Below, in pieces: positions 37,003 through 46,107 of a stretch of DNA of 64,000 bases; positions within the stretch are counted from its first letter, which is position 1; each line of letters starts with the position of its first letter. The DNA is taken from NCBI GenBank assembly GCA_014381465.1, contig JACNLP010000042.1, positions 64,220-128,219 of the forward strand, written 5' to 3'. The notes beneath the pieces are model-generated. The model ran no database searches. It saw only the letters and a list, made by a program, of their open reading frames with translations, and had not been told where the DNA came from. This DNA comes from Flavobacteriales bacterium. Lineage in GTDB: Bacteria > Bacteroidota > Bacteroidia > Flavobacteriales > BACL11. The position numbers and the translations under genes are program-made.

Positions 37003-38696
37003 CGAATAAATTCTGCATTATAAACTGTGGTATTGTTTAGTTTATCTATTACCTCTAATTTGAAAATATGTTTTCCTTTTTCTAATTTCTTCTGTATTTT
37101 ATAAGTCAATAATTTTCTTTTATAGTCGTATTCCATCAAAATCCATTTTCCATCAATTTCAGCTCTATAAGTTTTAATGCCACTTTCTTTATCTTCTATG
37201 GTGCATTTGATAGTTTTTTGAGTATTCAGCTTTTTTCCAGGATAAATATTTACGCCTTTAATAGTAGGATTAATAGTGTCTGCAACAATACAAAAATCTC
37301 CAAATTCTCGAACTTTTGCCGATAACATTCCATTTCGCCAAAACCCTCCCATATACCAGAAACGATTATTATCATCAACTTTGGCAATATAAGCTTTGTC
37401 TTTTAGTTTTTCTGGAACTTTTCCCCTTATCGAAATTACAAACTTTTTATGAATGGGCACAAAATCATGGTGAGCATGATGCACTTTTCCAAAAACCCCT
37501 TTTATAGAATCTTTCTCAAAGTATTCAAAGTTGAAATCTTTATATAAAGAATAACTTTCCATGTGGAGTTGAAAATCGTTTTCTTTAAATATATTGGGTT
37601 TCATATAGCTAAAGTATTGAGAAAAAGGAGCAAAAAGAATTGCTTTCTCATTTTCAGTCTTAGTAGTTATGCTATTTACTTCAAAAGATAAATTTGATGT
37701 ATTGTTGTAAATATCCTTTACCTGAAATTGCACTAAATGAGTAGTATCATCTTTAAATTCAAACACTCCTTTTTTTATCATTTCTTTATACACAGAAAGG
37801 CGATTGTTTGGTAATTTATAACATCTATGAAATTTTGTTCTGCTTATTTTCTTCTCTTTATAATCGATATGAGCATTTAGATATCTACTTTCTGCAAAAT
37901 CGAATTCATCCATTTGGAAATGATAAATCAAATTGCTATCTACAAAAAGCTTAATAGAATAAACTCCGTTTTTATTGTACGCCCCATTTAGCTTGTCAAA
38001 GGTAGAAATGCTAAAAGCAACTTTACCTTTTACCGTAGGCGTTGTTCCGCTTAAAGTGTATTTTCCCCCACTATTTTTAAGGTTAAAACTTTTTTCTATT
38101 TTTTGTCCATTCACTTCTCCATCAATAGGGTATATTTTAATTTTACTAATTGTTGGTTTAATATCATCAATAATATCAAAGCCAAATTGTAGCGGATTTA
38201 TTGGGTGTTCTGTTTTTGTATTACGAATTTCAAAATGAAGATGTGCCCCAGCACTTCCTCCTGTATTTCCTGAAAGGGCTATCACTTCACCTTTTTTAAT
38301 TTGAAACTTATCTTTTGGAGGGTAAAGCTGGATTTCATAACTTTCTTTTTTGTGCTGGTTTTCTATAACATAATCGTTAATAGCCTTGTTAAAATCCTTT
38401 AAATGTGCATAAACGGAAGTGTTTCCATCAGGATGCGTGATATAAAGAGCTTTACCATACCCCCAAGTAGAAACCTTTATTCTAGAGACATATCCATCAG
38501 CAATAGAATATACTTTTTGCCCCTGAACTCCTTCTGTTTTTATATCAATCCCAGAATGAAAATGATTACTTCTTAACTCCCCAAAGGTGCCAGAAAGTAG
38601 TAGTTTAAAATCAAGCGGAGGGTGGTAATCCTGTGCTAAGATGGAAGTGCATAAAACACTAAAAATGATATAAAAGAAAATGTTTTTAAAACTCAT
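36999..38696 (-). CDS. M23 family metallopeptidase (LytM-type) with large C-terminal domain
   Basis: Start taken at MSFKNIFFYIIFSVL... Has HFHSGIDIKT and GGSAGAHLHFEIR zinc motifs. Confidence 0.85.
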   Translation of the reverse strand: MSFKNIFFYIIFSVLCTSILAQDYHPPLDFKLLLSGTFGELRSNHFHSGIDIKTEGVQGQKVYSIADGYVSRIKVSTWGYGKALYITHPDGNTSVYAHLKDFNKAINDYVIENQHKKESYEIQLYPPKDKFQIKKGEVIALSGNTGGSAGAHLHFEIRNTKTEHPINPLQFGFDIIDDIKPTISKIKIYPIDGEVNGQKIEKSFNLKNSGGKYTLSGTTPTVKGKVAFSISTFDKLNGAYNKNGVYSIKLFVDSNLIYHFQMDEFDFAESRYLNAHIDYKEKKISRTKFHRCYKLPNNRLSVYKEMIKKGVFEFKDDTTHLVQFQVKDIYNNTSNLSFEVNSITTKTENEKAILFAPFSQYFSYMKPNIFKENDFQLHMESYSLYKDFNFEYFEKDSIKGVFGKVHHAHHDFVPIHKKFVISIRGKVPEKLKDKAYIAKVDDNNRFWYMGGFWRNGMLSAKVREFGDFCIVADTINPTIKGVNIYPGKKLNTQKTIKCTIEDKESGIKTYRAEIDGKWILMEYDYKRKLLTYKIQKKLEKGKHIFKLEVIDKLNNTTVYNAEFIR

Positions 38697-38775
38697 TACT
38701 ACCTTAAAAATTAGGGTTTGTGTAAAAGATGACAAATATAACATCAAAAAAGCACAGAAAGTATAAAGAAAAACC

Positions 38776-38783
38776 TAAATTTG
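38776..38783 (+). promoter_or_regulatory. Candidate -7 box TAAATTTG
   Basis: TAnnTTTG match 23 nt upstream of the ATG at 38807. Confidence 0.4.
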
Positions 38784-38806
38784 TAACAATAATTTTTAAC
38801 AATAAA

Positions 38807-39088
38807 ATGGAAGCAATTGTTGATAGTTTGGCAGTTAAGATAAAAAAGTTAATATCTTTGTATGGTAAAGCTAAACAAAAGGTGGGAGTAGTCGTAAATG
38901 AAAACGAAAAACTTAAAGAAGAACTTGCCAAAAAACAAGAAACTGTTGAAAAATTAGAAGAAAAGATAAAAGTAATTAAGATTTCAAAGTTGGTATCAAT
39001 AGATAAAGAAGATAATAAAAAAACGAAACAAAAAATAAATGAATATGTGCGGGAGATTGATAAATGTATTGGATTGTTAAATAAATAG
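38807..39088 (+). CDS. Coiled-coil protein upstream of zapA (ZapB-like in position and composition)
   Basis: About 93 aa from MEAIVDSLAVKIKKLISLYG..., heptad-rich and K/E-rich (NEKLKEELAKKQETVEKLEEKIKV). Confidence 0.45.
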   Translation: MEAIVDSLAVKIKKLISLYGKAKQKVGVVVNENEKLKEELAKKQETVEKLEEKIKVIKISKLVSIDKEDNKKTKQKINEYVREIDKCIGLLNK

Positions 39089-39101
39089 AAAGCAGTTTTT
39101 G

Positions 39102-39386
39102 ATGAGTAAATTATCAATAAAAATAAATATTGCAGGTAGGATTTATCCTATGAAAATTGAAAGAGATTCGGAAGAGGGGATAAGAAAATCAGTAAAGGTA
39201 ATTGAGGAAAGATTAAAATTTTACCAGCAAAATTACGCAATAAAGGATAAGCAAGATTTACTAGCTATGTGCCTTATTGAGTTTGCAGCAAAGTACGAAA
39301 CTGTTAAAGATAAAAAAGTGATAGAAGATGATGGCATGGAAGTTCAATTAAAGATGCTTGACTCTCTTTTAGCAGACAATATTTAA
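39102..39386 (+). CDS. zapA: Cell division protein ZapA
   Basis: 94 aa. The N-terminal IKINIAGRIYPMKIERDSEEGIRKSVKVIEERL pattern is typical of ZapA. Conserved position upstream of rny. Confidence 0.7.
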   Translation: MSKLSIKINIAGRIYPMKIERDSEEGIRKSVKVIEERLKFYQQNYAIKDKQDLLAMCLIEFAAKYETVKDKKVIEDDGMEVQLKMLDSLLADNI

Positions 39387-39420
39387 GTTCTTTTACATAA
39401 AATAAATTACCCGCATTAAT

Positions 39421-39591
39421 TAAAACTGTTAAACTCAACAGATAAAATATTGGAGTTTGACTCATTAAGTTCAGAGTAGGCCTCAACCATTATTGGTTTC
39501 TAATTTATTAGAACAGTGGACATTCGATATTTAATGGCAGGCTCCACCCATGCTAAAATGGAGTTTAACAAATAGTTGGTGTGGGTTTTTT
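39421..39591 (+). ncRNA. Candidate structured small RNA (6S/SsrS-like by position and rod-like fold), alternatively the rny 5' leader
   Basis: The 228-nt non-coding spacer holds four nested helices: 39428-36/39561-69 (9 bp), 39451-59/39538-46 (9 bp, 2 GU), 39487-92/39532-37 (6 bp) and 39498-503/39508-13 (6 bp, loop TTTA). A T6 run follows at 39586-91. ssrS lies directly downstream of zapA in E. coli. Confidence 0.45.
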
Positions 39592-39614
39592 ATTAATTAA
39601 AACTAAAGAAGAAA

Positions 39615-41150
39615 ATGGAAATAATGATAATAATAGTAATAATTGCTTTTTTGATAGGTGGTGGAATTTCGTATTTTGTGTTTAATAATATGGCACAAAA
39701 CAAAGGAAATGTAATAATAAAAGAGGCAAAAAAAGAAGCAGAACAAATAAAAAAAGAAAAACTTCTGCAAGCCAAAGAAAAGTTTTTGGAGCTAAAATCA
39801 GAGCATGAAAAGGTTATAAATAAAAAGAATTTTGAAATTGCTAAAATTGAAAACAGAGTAAAGGATAAAGAATATTCTTTATCTACAAAGTTAGGAAAAA
39901 CAAATGAAAAAGAGAAAGAATTAGAACAACAAAAAAGCAATCTTTCTCAACAAAAAGATGTCCTACAAAAAAAGCAAGATGAACTTGCTAAATCACACAA
40001 GAAACAAGTTGAGCAACTTGAAGTTATCTCCAAATTATCGGCTGAAGAGGCAAAAGAACAATTGATTGAAGCCCTAAAAGATGAAGCAAAAACAAAGGCA
40101 TTGGAAATTATTCAAGAAACAATTGAAGATGCAAAACTCACTGCTAATCAAGAGGCAAAAAAGATTGTAATCCAGAGTATTCAAAGAACAGCAACCGAAC
40201 AAGCTATAGAGAATGCTGTTTCTGTTTTTAATATTGAAAGTGATGACATAAAGGGGAGAATTATTGGAAGGGAAGGTAGAAATATCCGAGCTATTGAAGC
40301 AGCAACTGGAGTAGATATTGTAGTAGATGATACGCCAGAGGCAATTATTATTTCTTGTTTTGACTCTGTTAGAAGAGAAGTTGCACGATTATCTTTGCAT
40401 AAATTAGTAACTGATGGCAGAATTCATCCTGCAAGAATTGAAGAGGTTGTAAGAAAAACAGAAAAAGAAATAAATCAGGAGATTATTGAAATTGGTAAAA
40501 AAACAACTATTGATTTAGGAATTCATGGGCTTCATCCTGAACTTATTAGAATGGTAGGAAGGATGAGATATCGTTCTTCTTATGGACAAAACCTTCTACA
40601 GCATTCTAGAGAAACTGCTAACCTTTGTGCTACTATGGCAGCTGAATTAGGTCTTAATGTGAAAATGGCAAAAAGGGCTGGGCTTTTGCACGATATTGGT
40701 AAAGTCCCAGAAGATAATGCAGAAACTCCACATGCTTTATTAGGTATGCAATTGGCTGAAAAATATGGAGAAAAACCAGAAGTTTGTAATGCGATAGGCG
40801 CACACCATGATGAGATTGAAATGACATCCTTACTCTCTCCAATTATTCAAGTTTGTGATGCAGTTTCAGGGGCAAGACCTGGAGCTAGAAGGCAGCAACT
40901 AGACTCTTATATAAGCAGAATAAAAGAATTAGAAGAAACAGCATTAGCTTATCCTGGGGTATTAAAATCCTACGCAATTCAAGCAGGAAGAGAGTTAAGA
41001 GTAGTAGTGGAAAGTGAGAAAGTAACGGATGCAGAGGCGACTAAGTTGTCTTTTGAAATTTCAGAGAAAATACAAAATGAAATGACTTATCCAGGGCAAG
41101 TAAAAGTTACTGTTATTAGAGAAACAAGAGCAATTAGTTATGCTAAATAA
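39615..41150 (+). CDS. rny: Ribonuclease Y
   Basis: 511 aa. N-terminal TM helix, K/E coiled coil, KH domain ([13 protein letters not shown]) and HD domain (LLHDIGK...GAHHD). Confidence 0.95.
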   Translation: MEIMIIIVIIAFLIGGGISYFVFNNMAQNKGNVIIKEAKKEAEQIKKEKLLQAKEKFLELKSEHEKVINKKNFEIAKIENRVKDKEYSLSTKLGKTNEKEKELEQQKSNLSQQKDVLQKKQDELAKSHKKQVEQLEVISKLSAEEAKEQLIEALKDEAKTKALEIIQETIEDAKLTANQEAKKIVIQSIQRTATEQAIENAVSVFNIESDDIKGRIIGREGRNIRAIEAATGVDIVVDDTPEAIIISCFDSVRREVARLSLHKLVTDGRIHPARIEEVVRKTEKEINQEIIEIGKKTTIDLGIHGLHPELIRMVGRMRYRSSYGQNLLQHSRETANLCATMAAELGLNVKMAKRAGLLHDIGKVPEDNAETPHALLGMQLAEKYGEKPEVCNAIGAHHDEIEMTSLLSPIIQVCDAVSGARPGARRQQLDSYISRIKELEETALAYPGVLKSYAIQAGRELRVVVESEKVTDAEATKLSFEISEKIQNEMTYPGQVKVTVIRETRAISYAK

Positions 41151-41159
41151 ATACTAGTT

Positions 41160-42020
41160 TTATAGCATTTCAAGTACACTAACTATCAATCTATCCACCG
41201 TTTGCTTATAGTTTTTACTGTGTTGTTTGGTAATTCTATTTCCAATTATTGCACAAATAGTAAGGGTATTGTGTCCAAGAGTTTTTCCTAAAAAATAAAG
41301 GGCTGAAGTTTCCATTTCGAAATTAGTTATCCTATTTTCCTCAAAATTAAAAGTATTCATTTTTTGATGTAAATCCTCAATAGCCGGCTTTATCCTTAAC
41401 TCTCTGCCTTGTGGGGCATAAAAACCTGGAGCAGTAGCAGTAATTCCACTATTAAAGCTAGAAAATTGTTCTAACAATTTGTTACTTGCACTAACTATAT
41501 ATGGATTTGCTAAATTCTTGGGCCAATTACTGTGTGCGGAAAATGCACTGCTCATTTTTTCATCTATAATATTCTCTGATTTGTAGAAATGGGCAAGTCC
41601 ATCAAAGCCAAGCCCATGAGTTGCCATTAAAAAACTATCCACTTCCACATCTTTTTGCAAAGCCCCAGAAGTTCCCAATCGAATAATGTTTAGTGATTTT
41701 TTTTCAGGATTTATTGTTCTTGTGTCAAAATCTATATTTACTATAGCATCTAATTCGTTTAGAACAATATCAATATTATCTGTTCCTATTCCTGTAGAAA
41801 GTGCTGAAATTCTTTTACCATTGTACTCTCCAGTATGAGTTACGAATTCTCTGTTCTCAATTTTATGATCTATTGTATCAAAATGTTTTGATATTTGCTG
41901 AACTCTTGATTGATCTCCAACAATTAAAATGTCATTAGCAATCTCATTTTTAGATAAGTTAAGGTGATATATATTTTTTTCAGGATTAAGTATTAATTCT
42001 GTATCTTTAATGACTTTCAT
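41160..42020 (-). CDS. Nucleoside phosphorylase (PNP/UDP family 1)
   Basis: 286 aa. Has GIGTDNIDIV, RLGTSGAL and NFEMETSALY motifs. Confidence 0.75.
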   Translation of the reverse strand: MKVIKDTELILNPEKNIYHLNLSKNEIANDILIVGDQSRVQQISKHFDTIDHKIENREFVTHTGEYNGKRISALSTGIGTDNIDIVLNELDAIVNIDFDTRTINPEKKSLNIIRLGTSGALQKDVEVDSFLMATHGLGFDGLAHFYKSENIIDEKMSSAFSAHSNWPKNLANPYIVSASNKLLEQFSSFNSGITATAPGFYAPQGRELRIKPAIEDLHQKMNTFNFEENRITNFEMETSALYFLGKTLGHNTLTICAIIGNRITKQHSKNYKQTVDRLIVSVLEML

Positions 42021-42031
42021 AAATAATGTAT

Positions 42032-42039
42032 TAGATTTG
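42032..42039 (+). promoter_or_regulatory. Candidate -7 box TAGATTTG
   Basis: TAnnTTTG match 21 nt upstream of the ATG at 42061. Confidence 0.4.
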
Positions 42040-42060
42040 CAAAATCAAAAATAACAAATT

Positions 42061-42939
42061 ATGTCAATAGTAACTAGTAAAATTTTAATTCCTACAGGTT
42101 TTTCTGATCAATCAATGATTGCTCTTGGGCAAGCCTTTAATTTGGCGAAAATTAAGAAATCGGAGATTATTCTACTTTCGGTAATTGAAGATCAAAATAT
42201 GATTGAGTCCCTATTTTTAGATGATAAAACCCATGAGTTACAGCAAAAGGTAAATGATAAATTGGTTGAGGTAGGTAAAGAGTATGCCGAAAAATATGGT
42301 GTTCATGTAGAAACTATGGTTGCTAAGGGGAGAGTTTATGAAAAAATAATTGATGTTGCTGAAATGGTAAACGCTAACTTAATTGTAATGGGAACTAATG
42401 GAACGCCAAAAGGAGTTATAAAAAAAGTGATTGGTTCGAATGCCGAAAGGGTTGTTCGCTTAGCTCATTGCCCTGTTATTACTATTAAGGGTAAAGACCA
42501 TAAAGACGGTTGTGAGAATATTATTTTACCACTTGATTTAGAAAAACAAACTAAAGAAAAAGTTACAATTGCTATTGAATATGCTCGATATTGGAATTCT
42601 GCTATTAGAATAGTTTCGGTTTTATTAAGAGACAATAATGATGTAAAGCAACATCTTCTTAGAAATTTAAAACAAGTAGAAGGATTTATCAATAATGCGG
42701 GATTAAGGTGTAGTGCAGAACTCCTAGAAGGAGAGAAAAATAAAAGCTTGGCGCAATCTATTTTAGATTATGAGAAAAAATTTGAATCAGATTTAATCCT
42801 GATAATGACAAGGCAAGAAGATGTGTTTTCTAATAAATTAGGAACTGCCGCTAGAGAAATTATTTATCAATCCGAAATTCCAGTAATGAGCATCAAACCA
42901 CACGAAAGAGAAAATACGCCTTCCCCTTTTACATATTAA
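42061..42939 (+). CDS. Universal stress protein, tandem UspA domains
   Basis: 292 aa, two Usp-like halves (ILIPTGFSD...LIVMGTNG...; IILPLDLEK...SEIPVMSI). Confidence 0.75.
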   Translation: MSIVTSKILIPTGFSDQSMIALGQAFNLAKIKKSEIILLSVIEDQNMIESLFLDDKTHELQQKVNDKLVEVGKEYAEKYGVHVETMVAKGRVYEKIIDVAEMVNANLIVMGTNGTPKGVIKKVIGSNAERVVRLAHCPVITIKGKDHKDGCENIILPLDLEKQTKEKVTIAIEYARYWNSAIRIVSVLLRDNNDVKQHLLRNLKQVEGFINNAGLRCSAELLEGEKNKSLAQSILDYEKKFESDLILIMTRQEDVFSNKLGTAAREIIYQSEIPVMSIKPHERENTPSPFTY

Positions 42940-43021
42940 GGAAAATAGTTTTTGATGTTTTTCTCTGAAGAAAGTAAACGGTTTGCTATAAAAAATAGGT
43001 CAGATATTAAGGGATAAAAAA

Positions 43022-43435
43022 ATGACGATTTCTACAGCTGAAAGTTGCACTTCTGGAAGTTTAGCCACAATTTTAACTTCTTTTCCTGGTAGCTCTGATT
43101 ATTTTGAGGGAGGAATTATTGCCTATTCTAATAAAGTAAAAATAAATCAACTTGGGGTATCAGTTGATGATATTCAAAAGTATTCTGCTGTATGTGAAAA
43201 AGTAGCAAAGCAAATGGCTGAAGGAGTAAGGGCTAATCTAAAAACAGATTATGCAATTGCCACAACAGGTTATGCTGGACCAAAAGGAGAAAGAGTTGGG
43301 CAAGTTTTTGTTGCATTAGCAAGCTCTAAAAAAACCATTATAAAAGAATACTTCTTTAAAGGAAATAGGAAGGAAATAATTTATAAAGCAGTCTGTGAAA
43401 CTTTAGCTATCTTACTTAGAGAAATAAAAAACTAA
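43022..43435 (+). CDS. CinA C-terminal-domain protein (PncC-type nicotinamide-nucleotide amidase); native N-terminus apparently displaced by a frameshift
   Basis: Has TISTAESCTSGSLA...GGIIAYSN...ATTGYAGP motifs. The expected first ~22 codons (MFFSEESKRFAIK-) lie in another frame starting at 42955. See the frameshift finding. Confidence 0.75.
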   Translation: MTISTAESCTSGSLATILTSFPGSSDYFEGGIIAYSNKVKINQLGVSVDDIQKYSAVCEKVAKQMAEGVRANLKTDYAIATTGYAGPKGERVGQVFVALASSKKTIIKEYFFKGNRKEIIYKAVCETLAILLREIKN

Positions 43436-43464
43436 AAAATACACTTAATAAAAAGAAAACTAAT

Positions 43465-43472
43465 TATATTTG
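43465..43472 (+). promoter_or_regulatory. Candidate -7 box TATATTTG for rpmB
   Basis: TAnnTTTG match 21 nt before the ATG at 43494, followed by a GCAGCCCAA leader shared with rpmG. Confidence 0.5.
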
Positions 43473-43493
43473 CAGCCCAAAAATAAAGAGAAA

Positions 43494-43733
43494 ATGTCAA
43501 GAATTTGTCAAATAACAGGAAAGAAAGTGATGGTGGGAAACAATGTTTCTCATGCCAAAAACAGAACAAAAAGAAAGTTCTATCCTAATCTTCAAACAAA
43601 GAAATTTTATATTCCAGAAGAAGATAAATGGATTACACTTAAGGTTTCAGCAAATGCTATTAGAACTATTAATAAAAATGGAATTTCTGCTGTTTTGGCT
43701 GATGCTAAAGCAAACGGAAATACATTAATTTAA
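43494..43733 (+). CDS. rpmB: 50S ribosomal protein L28
   Basis: 79 aa. [34 protein letters not shown] is canonical L28. The track's TTG start at 43470 lies inside the promoter. Confidence 0.9.
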   Translation: MSRICQITGKKVMVGNNVSHAKNRTKRKFYPNLQTKKFYIPEEDKWITLKVSANAIRTINKNGISAVLADAKANGNTLI

Positions 43734-43752
43734 TTCCTAATGATTAGTTTTT

Positions 43753-43786
43753 AAAAAGTTGCTATCTTTGATGGCAACTTTTTTTG
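43753..43786 (+). terminator. Intrinsic terminator after rpmB
   Basis: AAAAAGTTGC (43753-62) pairs perfectly with GCAACTTTTT (43774-83) across an 11-nt loop. A T-run extends to 43785. Confidence 0.7.
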
Positions 43787-43810
43787 TTTTATAACTTAAA
43801 ATTAATCACA

Positions 43811-44359
43811 ATGAAAAATTTATTTAAAATATCAGCTGTTTTATTGTTGGCTGTATTATTTACTGTTTCTTCTTGTAAAAAAGATGAGCAAATTATTGAA
43901 GGATGTACGGATAGTTCGGCAATGAACTATCAGTCTTTAGCAACAAGCAATAACGGAAGTTGTGAGTTTGCTTATGAAATTGCACAAGGAGATTGGGGAA
44001 TAAATTCTCAGTGCGATTCAGTATCTATTAGTATCCCTTTGCTTGGAGATTTTGAGATTCCTATGGCAGATATGTTTCCTGATAGCGTGGTGATTGGTGG
44101 GGAGGGTAATCAGAAAGTTTCTATTGATATAAATGGCAGTAAAATATTTGCTGATATTGATTATAATGGAATTATTACTGTTGAAAAGCAAACAATATCA
44201 ATGGAATTGGAAGAGCTTGGAGGTACCCAATTAGATGTTGAGGTTTCTGGAAATGGAATTATAGAATCGGCTACAAAAGGAAATTTAGATTTACACTTAT
44301 CATTTTCGGTTTTATCCATTCCGGCTGATTCCAATTGTGAAATAGTTTTTAGTCGATAA
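43811..44359 (+). CDS. Lipoprotein, unknown function
   Basis: Lipobox MKNLFKISAVLLLAVLFTVSSC. Has a GCTDSSAMNYQSLATSNNGSCEF motif common in Bacteroidota surface proteins. Confidence 0.6.
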   Translation: MKNLFKISAVLLLAVLFTVSSCKKDEQIIEGCTDSSAMNYQSLATSNNGSCEFAYEIAQGDWGINSQCDSVSISIPLLGDFEIPMADMFPDSVVIGGEGNQKVSIDINGSKIFADIDYNGIITVEKQTISMELEELGGTQLDVEVSGNGIIESATKGNLDLHLSFSVLSIPADSNCEIVFSR

Positions 44360-44378
44360 TTAAATAAAAAATAATTTT

Positions 44379-44403
44379 AACCCAATTTATATTGGGTTTT
44401 TTT
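44379..44403 (+). terminator. Intrinsic terminator-like hairpin abutting the next start codon
   Basis: AACCCAAT-TTAT-ATTGGGTT followed by a T-run ending at 44403. The ATG of the peptidase gene is at 44404. Confidence 0.55.
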
Positions 44404-46053
44404 ATGAAAAAAATAATCAGTATATTGATGATGTTTTTTGTGTTTTCAATTCAAGCACAAGAATTTAGTAGAAAGGATTCATTAAGAGGAAATTTAACGC
44501 CAGTCCGCACATGTTATGATGTTACATTTTATAATTTGTTTTTGATTATTGATATTCCAGAAAAATCCATTGAAAAATCATATAATGAAATACATTTTAC
44601 AGCTACTGAAAGCTTTGAAACTTTTCAAATTGATTTGGCGAATAATTTGGATGTAATGAAGATAGAATTTGAGGATGGAGAACTGAAATTTAAAAGAGAA
44701 TTTGATGCGGTTTTTGTTTACTTTCCAAGAATTATAAACAAGCAAGAACAAACAAAAATAAAAGTTTGGTATGCTGGCTATCCAAGAGAGGCGGTTAACG
44801 CTCCTTGGGATGGCGGTTTTTCTTGGGAAAAAGATAAAAATGGAAAGGATTGGATTGGGGTTTCTTGTCAAGGATTGGGCTCTAGCACATGGTGGCCTTG
44901 TAAAGACCATCAATCAGATGAACCAGATAGTATGCGAATTACTTGCTGTGCAAAATATCCGAACAAAATAATAGCTAATGGTAATTTAAGAAAGGATACC
45001 GCTATCTGGAGTAATTATCTAGAGTGTTGGCTTAACCAAAGTGAATGGTTTGTTTCTTATCCAATCAATAATTATAATGTTACGCTCAATATTGGTGATT
45101 ACACTCATTTTTCTGATGAGTATGTTTCAGATAAAGATACTCTACAATTGGATTATTATGTTTTAAGTGGAAATGAAGAAAAAGCAAAAGAGCATTTTAA
45201 ACAAGTAAAACCAATGATGAGTTGTTTTGAAAATTATTTTGGAAAATATCCTTTTTGGAATGATGGTTATGCACTTGTTGAAACACCTTATTTAGGCATG
45301 GAGCATCAATCAGCTATTGCTTATGGAAATGATTATTTACCAGGATATCATGGTAGTACTTCATTTATTGATGGTCTTACTTTTGATTTTATTATTGTGC
45401 ATGAAAGTGGGCATGAATGGTGGGGGAATTCAATTACTACAAATGATATTGCTGATATGTGGGTTCATGAAGGATTTTGTACTTACTCAGAAGTGTTGTA
45501 TGTGGAGTGTATGTATGGTTATGATGCTATGTTAAGTTATGTGAATAATCAGAAACGATCTGTAAGAAATGACAAGCCAGTTGTTGGGCATTATCATGTG
45601 AATCATGAGGGGAGTAGTGATATGTATAATAAAGGGTCGTTAATGTTGCATACACTTAGAAGTTTAATTGATGATGATAAATTATGGTTTGAGATTATTA
45701 TGGGAATCTCTAATGATTTTAAGTATCAAACAATAGATGGGCAAGATATTATTGATTATATCAATGAAAAAAGTGGAAAGGACTTTAAAGTTTTCTTTAA
45801 TCAATATTTGGAAAATAAAGAAATTCCTGAATTTCAATACAAATTAATAAAAAACGGAAGAGATATAACTTTGATGTATAGATGGGATGCAATTGCTAAA
45901 TTTGATATGCCGATACTGATTAATACTGGATTAGAAGATTTTTGGATTTATCCAAATAACAATTGGAAAGAGAGAAATTTGGGTAAATTTGATATGTACG
46001 ATTTTAGAGTTGTAGCTGAGCTGTTTTATATAAATATTAAAAAGATAAAATAA
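44404..46053 (+). CDS. M1-family zinc metallopeptidase (aminopeptidase N-like)
   Basis: Signal peptide MKKIISILMMFFVFSIQAQ. Gluzincin motif VHESGHEWWGN-x18-EGF (HExxH+E). Confidence 0.8.
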   Translation: MKKIISILMMFFVFSIQAQEFSRKDSLRGNLTPVRTCYDVTFYNLFLIIDIPEKSIEKSYNEIHFTATESFETFQIDLANNLDVMKIEFEDGELKFKREFDAVFVYFPRIINKQEQTKIKVWYAGYPREAVNAPWDGGFSWEKDKNGKDWIGVSCQGLGSSTWWPCKDHQSDEPDSMRITCCAKYPNKIIANGNLRKDTAIWSNYLECWLNQSEWFVSYPINNYNVTLNIGDYTHFSDEYVSDKDTLQLDYYVLSGNEEKAKEHFKQVKPMMSCFENYFGKYPFWNDGYALVETPYLGMEHQSAIAYGNDYLPGYHGSTSFIDGLTFDFIIVHESGHEWWGNSITTNDIADMWVHEGFCTYSEVLYVECMYGYDAMLSYVNNQKRSVRNDKPVVGHYHVNHEGSSDMYNKGSLMLHTLRSLIDDDKLWFEIIMGISNDFKYQTIDGQDIIDYINEKSGKDFKVFFNQYLENKEIPEFQYKLIKNGRDITLMYRWDAIAKFDMPILINTGLEDFWIYPNNNWKERNLGKFDMYDFRVVAELFYINIKKIK

Positions 46054-46077
46054 TATTTGTATTTTATTTATTTTGAT

Positions 46078-46085
46078 TAAATTTG
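46078..46085 (+). promoter_or_regulatory. Candidate -7 box TAAATTTG for rpmG
   Basis: TAnnTTTG match 22 nt before the ATG at 46108. ATTTGCAGCCCAA is identical to the rpmB upstream region. Confidence 0.5.
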
Positions 46086-46107
46086 CAGCCCAATAAATTA
46101 TAAGAAA

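Noticed and set aside
42433-42441. GGTTCGAAT, a tRNA T-arm-like nonamer.
   Set aside because: It lies inside the usp coding frame with no surrounding cloverleaf (no acceptor or anticodon stems). I found no tRNA, rRNA or tmRNA gene anywhere in the window by eye.
43543-43728. 61-aa alternative-frame ORF inside rpmB.
   Set aside because: It overlaps the canonical L28 reading frame, and its translation has no recognisable features.
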